DNA from: Rhodospirillaceae bacterium
GTDB taxonomy: Bacteria > Pseudomonadota > Alphaproteobacteria > Rhodospirillales > UBA2165
Reading direction: 5' to 3'
DNA: 64,000 bases
NCBI GenBank assembly: GCA_038127535.1
Contig: JAYPHU010000010.1
Span: 21,786-85,785, forward strand
Shown: positions 1 through 9,570 of the stretch, in pieces
How the letters are laid out: every line of letters starts with the position of its first letter
How positions within the stretch are numbered: the stretch's first letter is position 1
Position numbers and translations under genes: made by a program
Notes under the pieces: generated by a model
What the model saw: only the letters and a program-made list of their open reading frames with translations
Told to the model about the DNA's origin: nothing
The model's database searches: none

Positions 1-391
1 GATTTCGGGATAAGGTAAGAAAGACCGTATCCACAGGAAATCTCATCCCGTGGTCAACCATCGGCGGGGTAAACACCATCTCCCCTTCCTTGACGGTGAG
101 CAGCTCCGGCTCCTGGTCACTGCCGGTGGGACGATGGAAATACTCGATAAGGCCGGAAACCACATAGCAATAGTGCCAATCTGTTTTGTGATAGTGATTG
201 GCCCGCAGGGTGCCCGCCTTGGACTCGATCATCACCGCGCTTTTCATAATTACATCCGCCAGCGGCTGAATTTTTCCGCGAACATCTTCAAACGGCTTTT
301 CCAGCTTTACGACACCGTGAGCGGGCCAGCGGGACATTTCCTCATCGGACAAGAGCTCCAGAACCGGAAATTTGGAAGATGAACTGGTCAT
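1..391 (-). CDS. Cupin-fold sugar-modifying protein (NDP-sugar isomerase/epimerase-like); 3' end runs off the left edge
   Basis: Not in the supplied ORF track. ATG at 391 (plus-strand cat at 389-391) and the frame stays open to nt 2. Translation: MTSSSSKFPVLELLSDEEMSRWPAHGVVKLEKPFEDVRGKIQPLADVIMKSAVMIESKAGTLRANHYHKTDWHYCYVVSGLIEYFHRPTGSDQEPELLTVKEGEMVFTPPMVDHGMRF... It has a cupin-like RANHYHK ... G..E ... H pattern. Plus-strand ORF 50..382 is its antisense shadow. Confidence 0.7.
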   Translation of the reverse strand, partial: MTSSSSKFPVLELLSDEEMSRWPAHGVVKLEKPFEDVRGKIQPLADVIMKSAVMIESKAGTLRANHYHKTDWHYCYVVSGLIEYFHRPTGSDQEPELLTVKEGEMVFTPPMVDHGMRFPVDTVFLTLSRN

Positions 392-406
392 GGGAAATAC
401 CCGTCA

Positions 407-1141
407 CTAACGGAACAGATTGTAACGAAGGATACAATAGATGGCACTAACACCGTCTTTCCATCCGATTTTTTTACCTTCGTTATAAGTCCGGCCGGAA
501 TACCCGATTCCCACTTCATAGATCCTGGGTTTAGGATCGACCTTACTGATTTTGGCAGTTATCTCGGGCTCGAAGCCGAAGCGATTCTCTCGCAACTCAA
601 TTCTATCTAGAAGCTCTCGCGTCAAAACTTTGTAGCAAGTTTCCATGTCTGTCAGCGTCAAGTTCGTGAACATATTGGACAAGAACGTCAGGAATCGGTT
701 CCCCACCGCATGCCAAAAATAAAGCACCCGGTGCACGTCTCCTCCCACAAATCTGGACCCGAATACAGCTTCAGCTCGGCCATCCAAGATAGGGGCCAGC
801 AACTTAGGATACTCATCGGGGCTATATTCCAAGTCCGCATCCTGGATTAAAACAATATCTCCGGTACTGATTTCGAATCCTTTACGCACGGCCGCGCCCT
901 TGCCCATATTCACAGGATGCTGGTCTGCGACGATACGGTGATCGTTGGCCGCCAATCTCTCTATAATTTCGACGGATTTATCGGATGACGCATCATCAAC
1001 AATCACCAGTTCGAGACTAAGGTTAGACGTATCGGCGCTCAGAACCCGCTCAATGGCCACGGCCAATGTCTGCTCTTCATTGTAACAGGGCATTACCACA
1101 GAGAGCTTGTTAAACGTGGTTTCAGAAGTGCTGGTGTTCAT
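407..1141 (-). CDS. GT2 glycosyltransferase, polyprenyl-phosphate sugar synthase type (DPM1/ArnC/GtrB-like)
   Basis: VVMPCYNEEQTL, VIVDDASSDKS and the DxD-type QDADLEYSP motif. Size (244 aa) and C-terminal region are typical of polyprenol-P glycosyltransferases. Confidence 0.85.
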   Translation of the reverse strand: MNTSTSETTFNKLSVVMPCYNEEQTLAVAIERVLSADTSNLSLELVIVDDASSDKSVEIIERLAANDHRIVADQHPVNMGKGAAVRKGFEISTGDIVLIQDADLEYSPDEYPKLLAPILDGRAEAVFGSRFVGGDVHRVLYFWHAVGNRFLTFLSNMFTNLTLTDMETCYKVLTRELLDRIELRENRFGFEPEITAKISKVDPKPRIYEVGIGYSGRTYNEGKKIGWKDGVSAIYCILRYNLFR

Positions 1142-1172
1142 GGAATTCGCTCGTTCCGCTGACGTCTATATT

Positions 1173-2918
1173 CTACGGTCTTATCTTGGAGTCCACGAGT
1201 TGCTTCAGCGCTGAATTTGTCAGCCTGGACTGCTGAATTGTTTTCTCATTGCCAAGTTTTCGATTTTCAACATTGGTAACAGGCGCTTCGTCTCCTTGGG
1301 ACAAGAGCCGATTGAAGTCAAAATCATTCGGCACGCTGTGTAGTTCGAAATCGGATTTCTTCAATGACCAGTACTTAATTCCAATATTGGTCCATACATA
1401 GACCCAATAATTGAAATTGATATCAAGATTGTATCCAAGCCGGGCCGCACGTTTGGCCAGTAGAACCGCTTTTAACACAGCCAAAATATTTGCCGGCCGC
1501 TTCAGCAAAAAGATCATTCGCAGGAACATCATCTTGCGGCTTTCAGCGTTGCCCAATTGAAGCTTTAAATATTCAAGCGGAGATCCGTACCCCACCCCGT
1601 CAATAGGTACGAACAGTTTACTTTCCACAATTCGGTCCACGTGGTTTTTAAATCTTGCCAGTTGGAATTCCGCGTCCGTGTATTTGCGGATAAAGTCGAT
1701 AAATCCGTCGGCCAACGCCTCGGAACCCTGCAGGTACCTGACATTAGTCGTTATTTTCCGCCGGACCGTCGCGCTTTCATCATCCGACACGAGACGATCC
1801 GTCCGCTTCATCCTCGCGTAAAGCGGTGTACCCGGCAGCGCCATCAAAAAGGATGGATCGCCGCCAATCGTCCCGGTATCCCGCATAAAATCTAATGTTT
1901 CATCAAAAACAGTGGCTGTATCCGAGTCAAATCCGAAAATGAAACCCGGTGCGATGATGAATCCGTAAGACTGAATTGTCATTACAGCCGTCTCTAAATC
2001 CTTCGTGTTTTGAACCTTTGCAGTTTCTAATAAGGAGTTCTGATTGACGGACTCAAGGCCAATGAAGACGATCGAAAACCCGGCGCGCCTCATTTTGTCC
2101 ATAAGGTCCGGGAACTTGTACAGGTTGATCGTCAGCCAGGTGAATATGGAAATCTTGGCGTTGACTCTTGTCCTCCATTCAAGAATGGCATCCACGCACT
2201 TGCGGGCCCATGCGGTGTCTCCAATGAAGTTGTCGCAGGCAAATTGGAACTGAGTAATCCCCAGCCGGAAATACTCGTCCAACTCCGCCACGATGATTTC
2301 CGGATTCTTATTATTGGCACGGTTATTTCCCGGTAATACCCGAATATCGCAAAACTCACACAGGAAAGGGCAGCCCCGAGACACCTCGACTACGGCACCG
2401 TAATATGTCGGAGCCTGAGACCGGTATAAACTAAAGTCTACCGACTTCACTTTATCCATCGGATACCGCTCAGCGCGGATAATCTTTTCGATCTTGTCCC
2501 GTTCGCCAAGGGCAATTTTGTTCAAAAAATCTGGGAACGTTTGTTCCCCGTCGAGAATGAACAAATAGTCGAAAAACTCCAAATTGGATAGCTTGCCCTC
2601 TTGCTCCATGGACCAAGTAATCGGACCGCCCAACACGAAAATTGCATTTGGATACTTTTGTTTCAGCAGATCAAAAACCGGTCTAATCGACTCGATATCC
2701 TGATTGATCCCCGAAAAAGCAAAGATGTCTGCCGCCCCGATCTCATCCGGGTTGCTTATACAGCAATCATAGACCGTCATATCCCATTCGTCGGGCACAT
2801 AGGAGGCAAGTGTATAGGCCCACAGGGGACTAAAAAGTGTCCCGTAGTTTTGGTCGTAGTGAATATTTGGGGCGTGGATGAATGAAAGTTTCATTGTCGA
2901 GCGCAAATCTAACAGCAA
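1173..2918 (-). CDS. B12-binding (class B) radical SAM protein with a long C-terminal extension
   Basis: N-terminal Rossmann-like B12-binding region (FVLGGPITW). Radical SAM cluster motif VEVSRGCPFLCEFCD (CxxxCxxC). The track start at 2918 is TTG. An ATG at 2894 (MKLSFIHAPN...) is an equally plausible start. Confidence 0.85.
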   Translation of the reverse strand: MLLDLRSTMKLSFIHAPNIHYDQNYGTLFSPLWAYTLASYVPDEWDMTVYDCCISNPDEIGAADIFAFSGINQDIESIRPVFDLLKQKYPNAIFVLGGPITWSMEQEGKLSNLEFFDYLFILDGEQTFPDFLNKIALGERDKIEKIIRAERYPMDKVKSVDFSLYRSQAPTYYGAVVEVSRGCPFLCEFCDIRVLPGNNRANNKNPEIIVAELDEYFRLGITQFQFACDNFIGDTAWARKCVDAILEWRTRVNAKISIFTWLTINLYKFPDLMDKMRRAGFSIVFIGLESVNQNSLLETAKVQNTKDLETAVMTIQSYGFIIAPGFIFGFDSDTATVFDETLDFMRDTGTIGGDPSFLMALPGTPLYARMKRTDRLVSDDESATVRRKITTNVRYLQGSEALADGFIDFIRKYTDAEFQLARFKNHVDRIVESKLFVPIDGVGYGSPLEYLKLQLGNAESRKMMFLRMIFLLKRPANILAVLKAVLLAKRAARLGYNLDINFNYWVYVWTNIGIKYWSLKKSDFELHSVPNDFDFNRLLSQGDEAPVTNVENRKLGNEKTIQQSRLTNSALKQLVDSKIRP

Positions 2919-3103
2919 TCGATTTAAACAGTTGTGTTCAGGCTAAGTCACAAGAATAACTATCTTCTGATCAAATACCGCTGACAAACAGACATCGGAT
3001 AAACACTAACATGCCATCATACTTTGTCTTCTCCAACCAGGAAACTTGTGATGTTCGTCTCTCACAAACATCAGAGTATGACGGTTCCTTCTGCCGATCA
3101 TCG

Positions 3104-5020
3104 TCAGAGTTTGCAACTTTTCGTCTGAAGTTCGTAGACAGCTATAATTTGCGATACTTCACTTACCGTAGACAGGGTGCGCGACAAAAAACCCCGAGCT
3201 TCTAACTCAACAACTTTCTTCGCACACCCCATCTGAACCAACGACCGCCACTGTTGGCTGCCTGTTGTTTGGTCCGTACTTACTTCCGAAACAAGTAAGT
3301 GTGTTATTCCTTCTCTGGCCAGCCGGTTATACAGTTTAGACGGATTAGAAACCCCCGGGCGCACATCTATTTTCGCTTCTTGCACGAAATGTCCGTAGTA
3401 GAACGGAATCTGCAAATAGTAGTTCAAATTCCGGAATTCGGTATACAGCTTCGAAGACGGCGACAGATTTTGATTGGCCCACTTAATTGCCCCGTAACCG
3501 GATAGGGTTCGATCTAGATAAGCATCTTTCGATTCGGACGAAAGTTGGTACGCCACCGCGTTGATCGAAAACAAACCAAGCGCGCCCGACTGTATACCCA
3601 ATACGGCGACAAAGACGCTGACCAACAGCCGTTTTGCAAATGGCCGCGACGCCCAATGAACCGCCGCAATCGAAAACAGAGCTAAAGCGACGGGATACAA
3701 CGGCAGGAAATGACGAACCCGTTGTGAGGGCCCAAGGAAAAACCAAAGAATGTAGAGCGAAAGTAGAAACCAGCCGACAGGCAACAGCGAGGAAGAGCCT
3801 ATCTTGTCTCTGAACTTCCACAAACCAGCGATCGTCAGCGGCAACAGCAAAACCAACAATGGCCCAAAACCAACGCGTCCCGATTCCAAAATCCGTAAAC
3901 CGGCAAATGTCGCCAGGAACGGATAAGAAATCAGTCCCATCAGTGTCCGGGGAATTTCTTTTTCTTCGGTGGCGAGATACTTGGACAATGCTATGTGATG
4001 ATTCATGTCCCAGATAGCGCTGTCAGGCATTCCAAGAACCGCAAACAGTGTGGGGAAGAATGGATCGCCGCTGTTAAGCCAGTTCCAAAAATACCACTGC
4101 CCGCCGGCCAATAGAGCAACAAAACAAAATAGCCCCGCCAGCAGTACTATTTCTTTTGTCTCACATCGCTTCAAAGCGACCGCGCCAAAGGAAACGAAAA
4201 TTGCCGTCATATAGACCAGCCCGGAATATTTGGATCCGGCAAAAAATCCACAAGCCATTGCCGCGACGATTAGGAAGGATCGTTGCTGGTTCTCAGTGAA
4301 TCTTGCCAGACAGATCACAGCCAGTAGAACAAACATTGCTGAGCGGGATTCAATGTGACCGCTGCCGCTGCTGTAAATAAAGGCTGGAACGGAGGCAAAT
4401 GCCAAAACTATGGCTAGGCTCCAGTTTCGTGAAAGGTGGGGCCGAATAAACTGATAAAACAGAGCCAGCGCACCCCAGGCCGACATTGATACCCAGATGG
4501 TTAGAGCCTCTTCGCCACCAAGCGCGTATGCGGCAAGGTAGGTCATGTGGGTCATCAGTGGAATGGCACCATCCATCGCTCTCGGGATGAATTCCACTAC
4601 GCCCCGTTCCGCAAAGTGTTTCGGAATATCAAAATGATACGCAAGCGAGTCTGCATCTGAGGGCGGCGCCAGCCCCTCAATACCATCGAGGACTGCGAGC
4701 GCAACGAACGCCATAACCAGAATCCAAGTTATAGCATTAGCGGGTTCTGGCGACGTTGCAGTGACATGTGCGTGACGCCAAATGAAATAGACGCCCGGGC
4801 TGCCGACAACCATTAGAATTGACAAGGACGCCGGACCGATACCGCTAAAAACTCCGAGAAAGAATAGTGCCCAGCCCAATACGCCAAACCCGATGGCAAA
4901 CGACCAGGACGCATATTCCTGCCGGGTTAGCCGGTCCGTCACCCTAACCAACTTGAGCACAGCGGCGCCAAAGCCGATACAAGCAATGGCCTGCCAGATT
5001 GTCACCGCAAAGCCTGTCAT
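3104..5020 (-). CDS. GT-C fold integral membrane glycosyltransferase (ArnT/PMT, GT39/GT83-like)
   Basis: More than 10 hydrophobic segments. Acidic first-loop motif PPSDADSLAYHF. Soluble C-terminal domain of about 150 aa. I trimmed the track ORF (..5101) to the ATG at 5020, which forms an ATGA overlap with the stop of the upstream GT2 (tcat at 5017-5020). Confidence 0.75.
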   Translation of the reverse strand: MTGFAVTIWQAIACIGFGAAVLKLVRVTDRLTRQEYASWSFAIGFGVLGWALFFLGVFSGIGPASLSILMVVGSPGVYFIWRHAHVTATSPEPANAITWILVMAFVALAVLDGIEGLAPPSDADSLAYHFDIPKHFAERGVVEFIPRAMDGAIPLMTHMTYLAAYALGGEEALTIWVSMSAWGALALFYQFIRPHLSRNWSLAIVLAFASVPAFIYSSGSGHIESRSAMFVLLAVICLARFTENQQRSFLIVAAMACGFFAGSKYSGLVYMTAIFVSFGAVALKRCETKEIVLLAGLFCFVALLAGGQWYFWNWLNSGDPFFPTLFAVLGMPDSAIWDMNHHIALSKYLATEEKEIPRTLMGLISYPFLATFAGLRILESGRVGFGPLLVLLLPLTIAGLWKFRDKIGSSSLLPVGWFLLSLYILWFFLGPSQRVRHFLPLYPVALALFSIAAVHWASRPFAKRLLVSVFVAVLGIQSGALGLFSINAVAYQLSSESKDAYLDRTLSGYGAIKWANQNLSPSSKLYTEFRNLNYYLQIPFYYGHFVQEAKIDVRPGVSNPSKLYNRLAREGITHLLVSEVSTDQTTGSQQWRSLVQMGCAKKVVELEARGFLSRTLSTVSEVSQIIAVYELQTKSCKL

Positions 5021-6042
5021 ATTAGCCCCAACCGGCGAAGAACCGGTTCGACCAACCACGAAAATTGTTGCAGATAGCCTGCCAGGACAGCGATCACCCA
5101 TATCGAAAGGCCAAGATTGACGGCCAACTGCCAGCGAGAAGTATCCGCAGGTCCATTGCGGTCCAACTCGTCAGAAATGGCTTCGATCAGGTTGAGTGGA
5201 AGCAGCAAGATGGTCGTCGCCGCAGAAACGATATGGCGCTTGGCCAGATGAACGGATAGGGCTTCCCAATGCAACGCCAATACCCGGAATCCCAAACTGC
5301 CGATCGCCGAACCTGGATGACGTCGAAGTCCGGAGAAGTGCCGAATTGCAATTCGCAATGTGTGGCGTAAGCGGGACCTTGTTTGGCTGGTGATGCTGCC
5401 CTCGGTGATGTGGTAGCGGGTCAGCGGTTGATCAAACACGAGGCACCGCGGTCCAAACCGGTCAATGAGTCTCAGCCAAAGATCAAAATCCTGACCGATC
5501 CGCAAATCCGTATCGAAGCCGCCAGCGTCAACGATTGCATACCGACGAACAACCACCGAACTGGTGGAAATAAATCCTCGTTTGTAGAAACCATGAAACA
5601 ACATAGACCTGGAAGATTGATACCGTTTCGCAATATCCAGATAGGTTTCTTCCCCGTTTCTCTCAATCCATCCATTGTGCGCTATCAGTACCAGGTCGTT
5701 GCGATTAATCTGCTCCATGGAACGTTCAAGCTTCTCTGGAAACCACTCGTCGTCGGCATCTAGAAACGCCACGTATTCGCTCTCGGCAAATTTCAACGCT
5801 TTGTTCCTGGCGGCGCCGGCGCCTAGATTCTCCTGCTGGCTGATCCGAAAATCTATTGATCCGCAAAGAGCCCGGCAGGCCTCGGCCGTTTCAAAGGTGC
5901 CATCATCGGAACCATCGTCAACGACAATGATCTGAGATGGCGGCAGCGTCTGTTTTGCCGCGCTGGCAATGGCTCGGGTGATGGTGGCCGCCGATCGGTA
6001 CGCCGGAATTACCACGCTGATGGAGCTCAACTGGCCGGACAT
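5017..6042 (-). CDS. GT2 glycosyltransferase with C-terminal membrane anchor
   Basis: VVIPAYRSAATITRAI, IIVVDDGSDDGT, FLDADDEW (DxD). C-terminal hydrophobic segment LAVNLGLSIWVIAVLAGYL. Confidence 0.85.
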   Translation of the reverse strand: MSGQLSSISVVIPAYRSAATITRAIASAAKQTLPPSQIIVVDDGSDDGTFETAEACRALCGSIDFRISQQENLGAGAARNKALKFAESEYVAFLDADDEWFPEKLERSMEQINRNDLVLIAHNGWIERNGEETYLDIAKRYQSSRSMLFHGFYKRGFISTSSVVVRRYAIVDAGGFDTDLRIGQDFDLWLRLIDRFGPRCLVFDQPLTRYHITEGSITSQTRSRLRHTLRIAIRHFSGLRRHPGSAIGSLGFRVLALHWEALSVHLAKRHIVSAATTILLLPLNLIEAISDELDRNGPADTSRWQLAVNLGLSIWVIAVLAGYLQQFSWLVEPVLRRLGLI

Positions 6043-7697
6043 ATCTCGACATCACCAGTCCAGGGCAGGTTTGTATAGTTGGAAACTATAATTCTAAAAG
6101 ATGGCTCCGATTGACCGTAGGCCAAGGAGCGTCGCGCCGGCAAAACGGAGACTTCTCCCTTGGTCCGCAATACCACGGGGCCAATTTGGATCTCTCCGCC
6201 GCTCGCCGTTACTGGAAAAGGAGTGTGGAATACCCTGTACATCCGATGCCGGCCATTTCCCGCGACCTCGTCCCTCAAGCGAAGGCCCTCGCCCTTGAAC
6301 GCCCAACTCCGCCGCCAGCTATCGACACCGGAAAGACGCGCAACCGCGCGGGTCGTTAAAGAAAACCCGTTAGATGTGTCTTGATAGTCTGGGGAAGGTC
6401 CGCACACCTTCTCTCGAAATTCCTTCCCGTAGTACGGCTTATTCTCGGGGTAGGCCCCCTGTCCGTCTATGAGAAGAGTATTGTGACTCTTCGCCGAGAT
6501 GTCGTCTTCTCCTTCGGGTCCGTAGGACAATCTGCCGGGGTCAATCAAAACCCGTTGGTTGCCGTAGTGAAGTTCAAATCCGCCGAAATCCTGATGCGCG
6601 TGTCCGGGCTGCTCGGGCCAGCCCAGCGGCGGGGCATGCCAAATCGCTGACCACGAGCCCATTTGGCGGCGGCGCCAGGCGCTGGGTTTCAGAGAGGTTC
6701 TAGCTTCGACCCGGCAAGACAGAATCGTTTCCGGGGCCGTGCCGGACAGCCGTTCCAGCCAACCGGTCTTCTCACCAAACGCCAAACAAACCAGATCGTC
6801 CGGCGGACAGTCTGGTGAAATATCACCGATTAACGGAAGTCCGCCGGGCATGGCAAACATTGACGCTGCGGATAGGGCATGGCAGGCAATGTCTCCCAGC
6901 CTGGCCGCTTCTGGCCGGCCCGCCTCCTCTGCCGCTAACCAGCACTCGGCATACCATTTGGTCGCTAGCAAGTGGTAGTGGCTGGATCCTTCGTTGAGAA
7001 ACCCGTGGTCATCAAATATCCGGTCGGCTTCATGTAGCAAAATGCGTGAACCCGCCTCTATCCAATCGCTTGCGTTTAATTGGAGCCCCCCGAGGTACAA
7101 ACCTCTGCCGTTGTTGGCAAGATGGTTTCCTGTGTAGGCGTCACCATAAAATTCAAGCTGATCCCATATGGATGGCCCGTGGCGCGCTAATACAATATGG
7201 CTTTCATCGGCCGGTGACGGAACGCCATAGTTGCGAAAAAAGTAAAGCAAGTTTATCAGCCGTTCGGCGGCTGTATACGGATGCCACGGCCAGTTACCCG
7301 GCACCGGATTGCTATACACGGATAACCACTGACGCCACAATCTCACAGCCCAGTCAGGCTCGACATCTTTGTCATAAATCCAGGCAAAGCGGTGCAGGGC
7401 GAGCAGTTGCTCCGTATCGTGGAAACTCCGAGAATACAACTCGGCCTCCTCGCCCGGCAAAATCGTATAGGTGGCGCCGGCCAGCGTAATTTTCAGAGGC
7501 TCTAGAGGGAGCTCAAAATCCTTTTCGGCAAATGGTTGAGCGCCGGCAGGCTCCGCCAAATCGTCGAAGTCCTGCAAAAAATCGGGTTTGCGATGATGCG
7601 GCGGATTGGCTGGCCATCGGCCCAACAATCGGCCGAATACCCATCGGCGTAAAACCTTATCATGCGCGAGTGATTTGACTTTGCGAGAGATCGACAA
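6027..7697 (-). CDS. Heparinase II/III-like family protein
   Basis: HAHQDFGGFELHYGNQRVLIDPG block, typical of the heparinase II/III C-terminal domain, with an alpha-helical alginate-lyase-like N-terminal half. TTG start, and no ATG nearby. Confidence 0.7.
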   Translation of the reverse strand: MSISRKVKSLAHDKVLRRWVFGRLLGRWPANPPHHRKPDFLQDFDDLAEPAGAQPFAEKDFELPLEPLKITLAGATYTILPGEEAELYSRSFHDTEQLLALHRFAWIYDKDVEPDWAVRLWRQWLSVYSNPVPGNWPWHPYTAAERLINLLYFFRNYGVPSPADESHIVLARHGPSIWDQLEFYGDAYTGNHLANNGRGLYLGGLQLNASDWIEAGSRILLHEADRIFDDHGFLNEGSSHYHLLATKWYAECWLAAEEAGRPEAARLGDIACHALSAASMFAMPGGLPLIGDISPDCPPDDLVCLAFGEKTGWLERLSGTAPETILSCRVEARTSLKPSAWRRRQMGSWSAIWHAPPLGWPEQPGHAHQDFGGFELHYGNQRVLIDPGRLSYGPEGEDDISAKSHNTLLIDGQGAYPENKPYYGKEFREKVCGPSPDYQDTSNGFSLTTRAVARLSGVDSWRRSWAFKGEGLRLRDEVAGNGRHRMYRVFHTPFPVTASGGEIQIGPVVLRTKGEVSVLPARRSLAYGQSEPSFRIIVSNYTNLPWTGDVEICPAS

Positions 7698-7703
7698 GTG
7701 AGA

Positions 7704-8492
7704 TCAGGGCCGGCTAAAAAAGTATGTCAGTTGGTGTTCAGGCCAATTCGCCAGCAAATGATCCCGCTGCAGTCCGAACACACTGCCGCCAACATAGTTC
7801 GGGCCTCGAGTGCCGGTAGACAATGACTGATAGCCGATTTCCGCGGTTAATGTTTTTTCCCGCTTTCCCACATCAATCCCCGGGGCGCCATAGGGAACAC
7901 AAAAGTGGTGGCAAATCTGTCCCGTTTCCCGCTCTATCACTGTTTTTGAAACATAGAGCTCTTCTCGGACACTTGTTTCACTCAGCTGTCCCAGATGCGG
8001 ATGCGATACCGTATGAGACCCGATGGCCATGCCGGCGGCGATCATTGATCGGCAGTCATCCCAGGTCATAAACTCCAGGCCGTGGCGGGCCATATTCTGC
8101 CCGAACACGGCGCCCGCCTCTCCGGACCCGGGTTCAAGAGTTCGCCCGACGAATGAGGTCACCACAAAAAATGTGGCCGGTATCCCCAGTTCATCTATTA
8201 TGGGGAGAGCATGGGTAAAGCAGGACCGGAATCCATCGTCAAAGGACAGACAAAAGTACCGGCCATCCAGTTTCTCGCCGCTTTGAATAAGCGAGACTGC
8301 TGCGTCCTGAGAAACGAACTCGCCAAAGTTCTTCAAATAACGCAGCTGTCGCTCAAATCCTGCTCGCTCGTCATCAAAAACATGATGATAGTAAGGAAAT
8401 CTGATCCAGCCTGCGCTGTCGTCTATATTTTTCCCAATCGACAAGCAGCGGAGGGCAACCGATCTAAATAGGGTGCGAAGAGAGACTGACAT
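7704..8492 (-). CDS. Polysaccharide deacetylase (CE4 / NodB-homology)
   Basis: FCLSFDDGFRS (DD motif) and GSHTVSHPHL (His motif). I trimmed to the ATG at 8492 (MSVSLRTLF...), because the track start at 8651 would overlap the upstream GNAT gene by 128 nt. Confidence 0.8.
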   Translation of the reverse strand: MSVSLRTLFRSVALRCLSIGKNIDDSAGWIRFPYYHHVFDDERAGFERQLRYLKNFGEFVSQDAAVSLIQSGEKLDGRYFCLSFDDGFRSCFTHALPIIDELGIPATFFVVTSFVGRTLEPGSGEAGAVFGQNMARHGLEFMTWDDCRSMIAAGMAIGSHTVSHPHLGQLSETSVREELYVSKTVIERETGQICHHFCVPYGAPGIDVGKREKTLTAEIGYQSLSTGTRGPNYVGGSVFGLQRDHLLANWPEHQLTYFFSRP

Positions 8493-8523
8493 TAAATGTG
8501 TATTTCCCGCAGAGGCCTTGGTG

Positions 8524-9570
8524 CTAGAACGTATCCACGTCCCCGCCCATAATCCCCCAACTATCGTGATCGAGGATATCCGACTTGAGGTTTGCATCGC
8601 CGAGAGACCGAACAATGAACGGGGCATTTCGATGCCGATGGAACGCCGCACGGCGGAGCACTTTTTCTATTCGCTCAACATTGCACACGGTTTCAAGGAG
8701 CACGGCGCCAAATGCAGATGCCTCTCGAACTACACCGGCAAGAACTGCGGACAGAGCCCTTGGATCTTCTCCTAAAAGTTCAACCAAATGAGCCCGATTG
8801 TCCGCCACCGCTCCCCAGACATCACTCTGCATACCCCAAACGCCAGCGGCCACAATCTCTCCGTGCAACCATGCAGTGACCCAGCGATATTTATTTTCCG
8901 CTTCCGTCGAATATCGCCACCGCATCCACGCGAGGGAACGGTCAACACCGCAGGATGAATGATGATTTTCCCACAGCGACAGCAACGGCTGCAGGTCCTC
9001 GTCCGGCGGTGTTCCGGATTGAATTTCAAACGGGCCGACCCGGCCGGTTGGTAGAACGGCCGCTACCATATCGGCAAGCGGGCCAAGAAGGTCTGGAATC
9101 TTGGGGTGACGTGACGGCTTAATAGGCCGCATCCAGTGCATAACATCGCCGGTATGGCTCCATCCCAGCTTGCGCACAAAACCGGGATAGCTTAACGGAT
9201 TCGGAAACCCGTACATAGTCATGTAGCCTCGGGCCCCCGCAATCTCATAACAGGCGTTTGCCAGCGTTGTGAACACCCCCCGCCCCTGGTAATCGGGATG
9301 CGTCATGGTATCCATGGACTGCGCCCCCAGCATTTTCTTTCCGGCGATCCGCAGTGGCGTCGGCCAAAGCGTGTAAGCGCCGGCCAACCGATCACCATCA
9401 ACGGCCAACGCAACGGGGCAAATTCCTATCGGATTAGATAGATAGCGCCAACGGTCATAGCTTTCGGGGCGGTAATATCCCCAGACATTAAAATAAAGCT
9501 CTCTCAGCGCACCAAAATCGTCAGGCGTCATCTCCCGAAATTTAAGTTCAGAATTTGATTTTGCTGTCAT
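8524..9570 (-). CDS. GNAT-family N-acetyltransferase (two-domain, 348 aa)
   Basis: Acetyl-CoA motif QGRGVFTTLANACYEIA. ATGA overlap with the upstream gene at 9567-9570. Confidence 0.75.
   Translation of the reverse strand: MTAKSNSELKFREMTPDDFGALRELYFNVWGYYRPESYDRWRYLSNPIGICPVALAVDGDRLAGAYTLWPTPLRIAGKKMLGAQSMDTMTHPDYQGRGVFTTLANACYEIAGARGYMTMYGFPNPLSYPGFVRKLGWSHTGDVMHWMRPIKPSRHPKIPDLLGPLADMVAAVLPTGRVGPFEIQSGTPPDEDLQPLLSLWENHHSSCGVDRSLAWMRWRYSTEAENKYRWVTAWLHGEIVAAGVWGMQSDVWGAVADNRAHLVELLGEDPRALSAVLAGVVREASAFGAVLLETVCNVERIEKVLRRAAFHRHRNAPFIVRSLGDANLKSDILDHDSWGIMGGDVDTF

Noticed and set aside
2972-2982. Second ops-like string (minus strand AGCGGTATTTG) in the 185-nt gap upstream of the first B12-rSAM gene
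   Set aside because: It matches only the GCGGTA core. The G at position 8 and the terminal TG register are lost, so it is too weak to call.
3104-5101. N-terminal extensions in the ORF track (3104..5101, 7704..8651, 9567..11327, 28012..29010, 35207..36028, 41476..42147, 42885..44273)
   Set aside because: The longest-ORF starts would overlap the preceding gene by 28-150 nt and add non-conserved-looking, Arg-rich leaders. Internal ATGs give ATGA overlaps or gaps of 1-55 nt and N-termini typical of the families. I trimmed them. They are not evidence of unusual overlapping genes.
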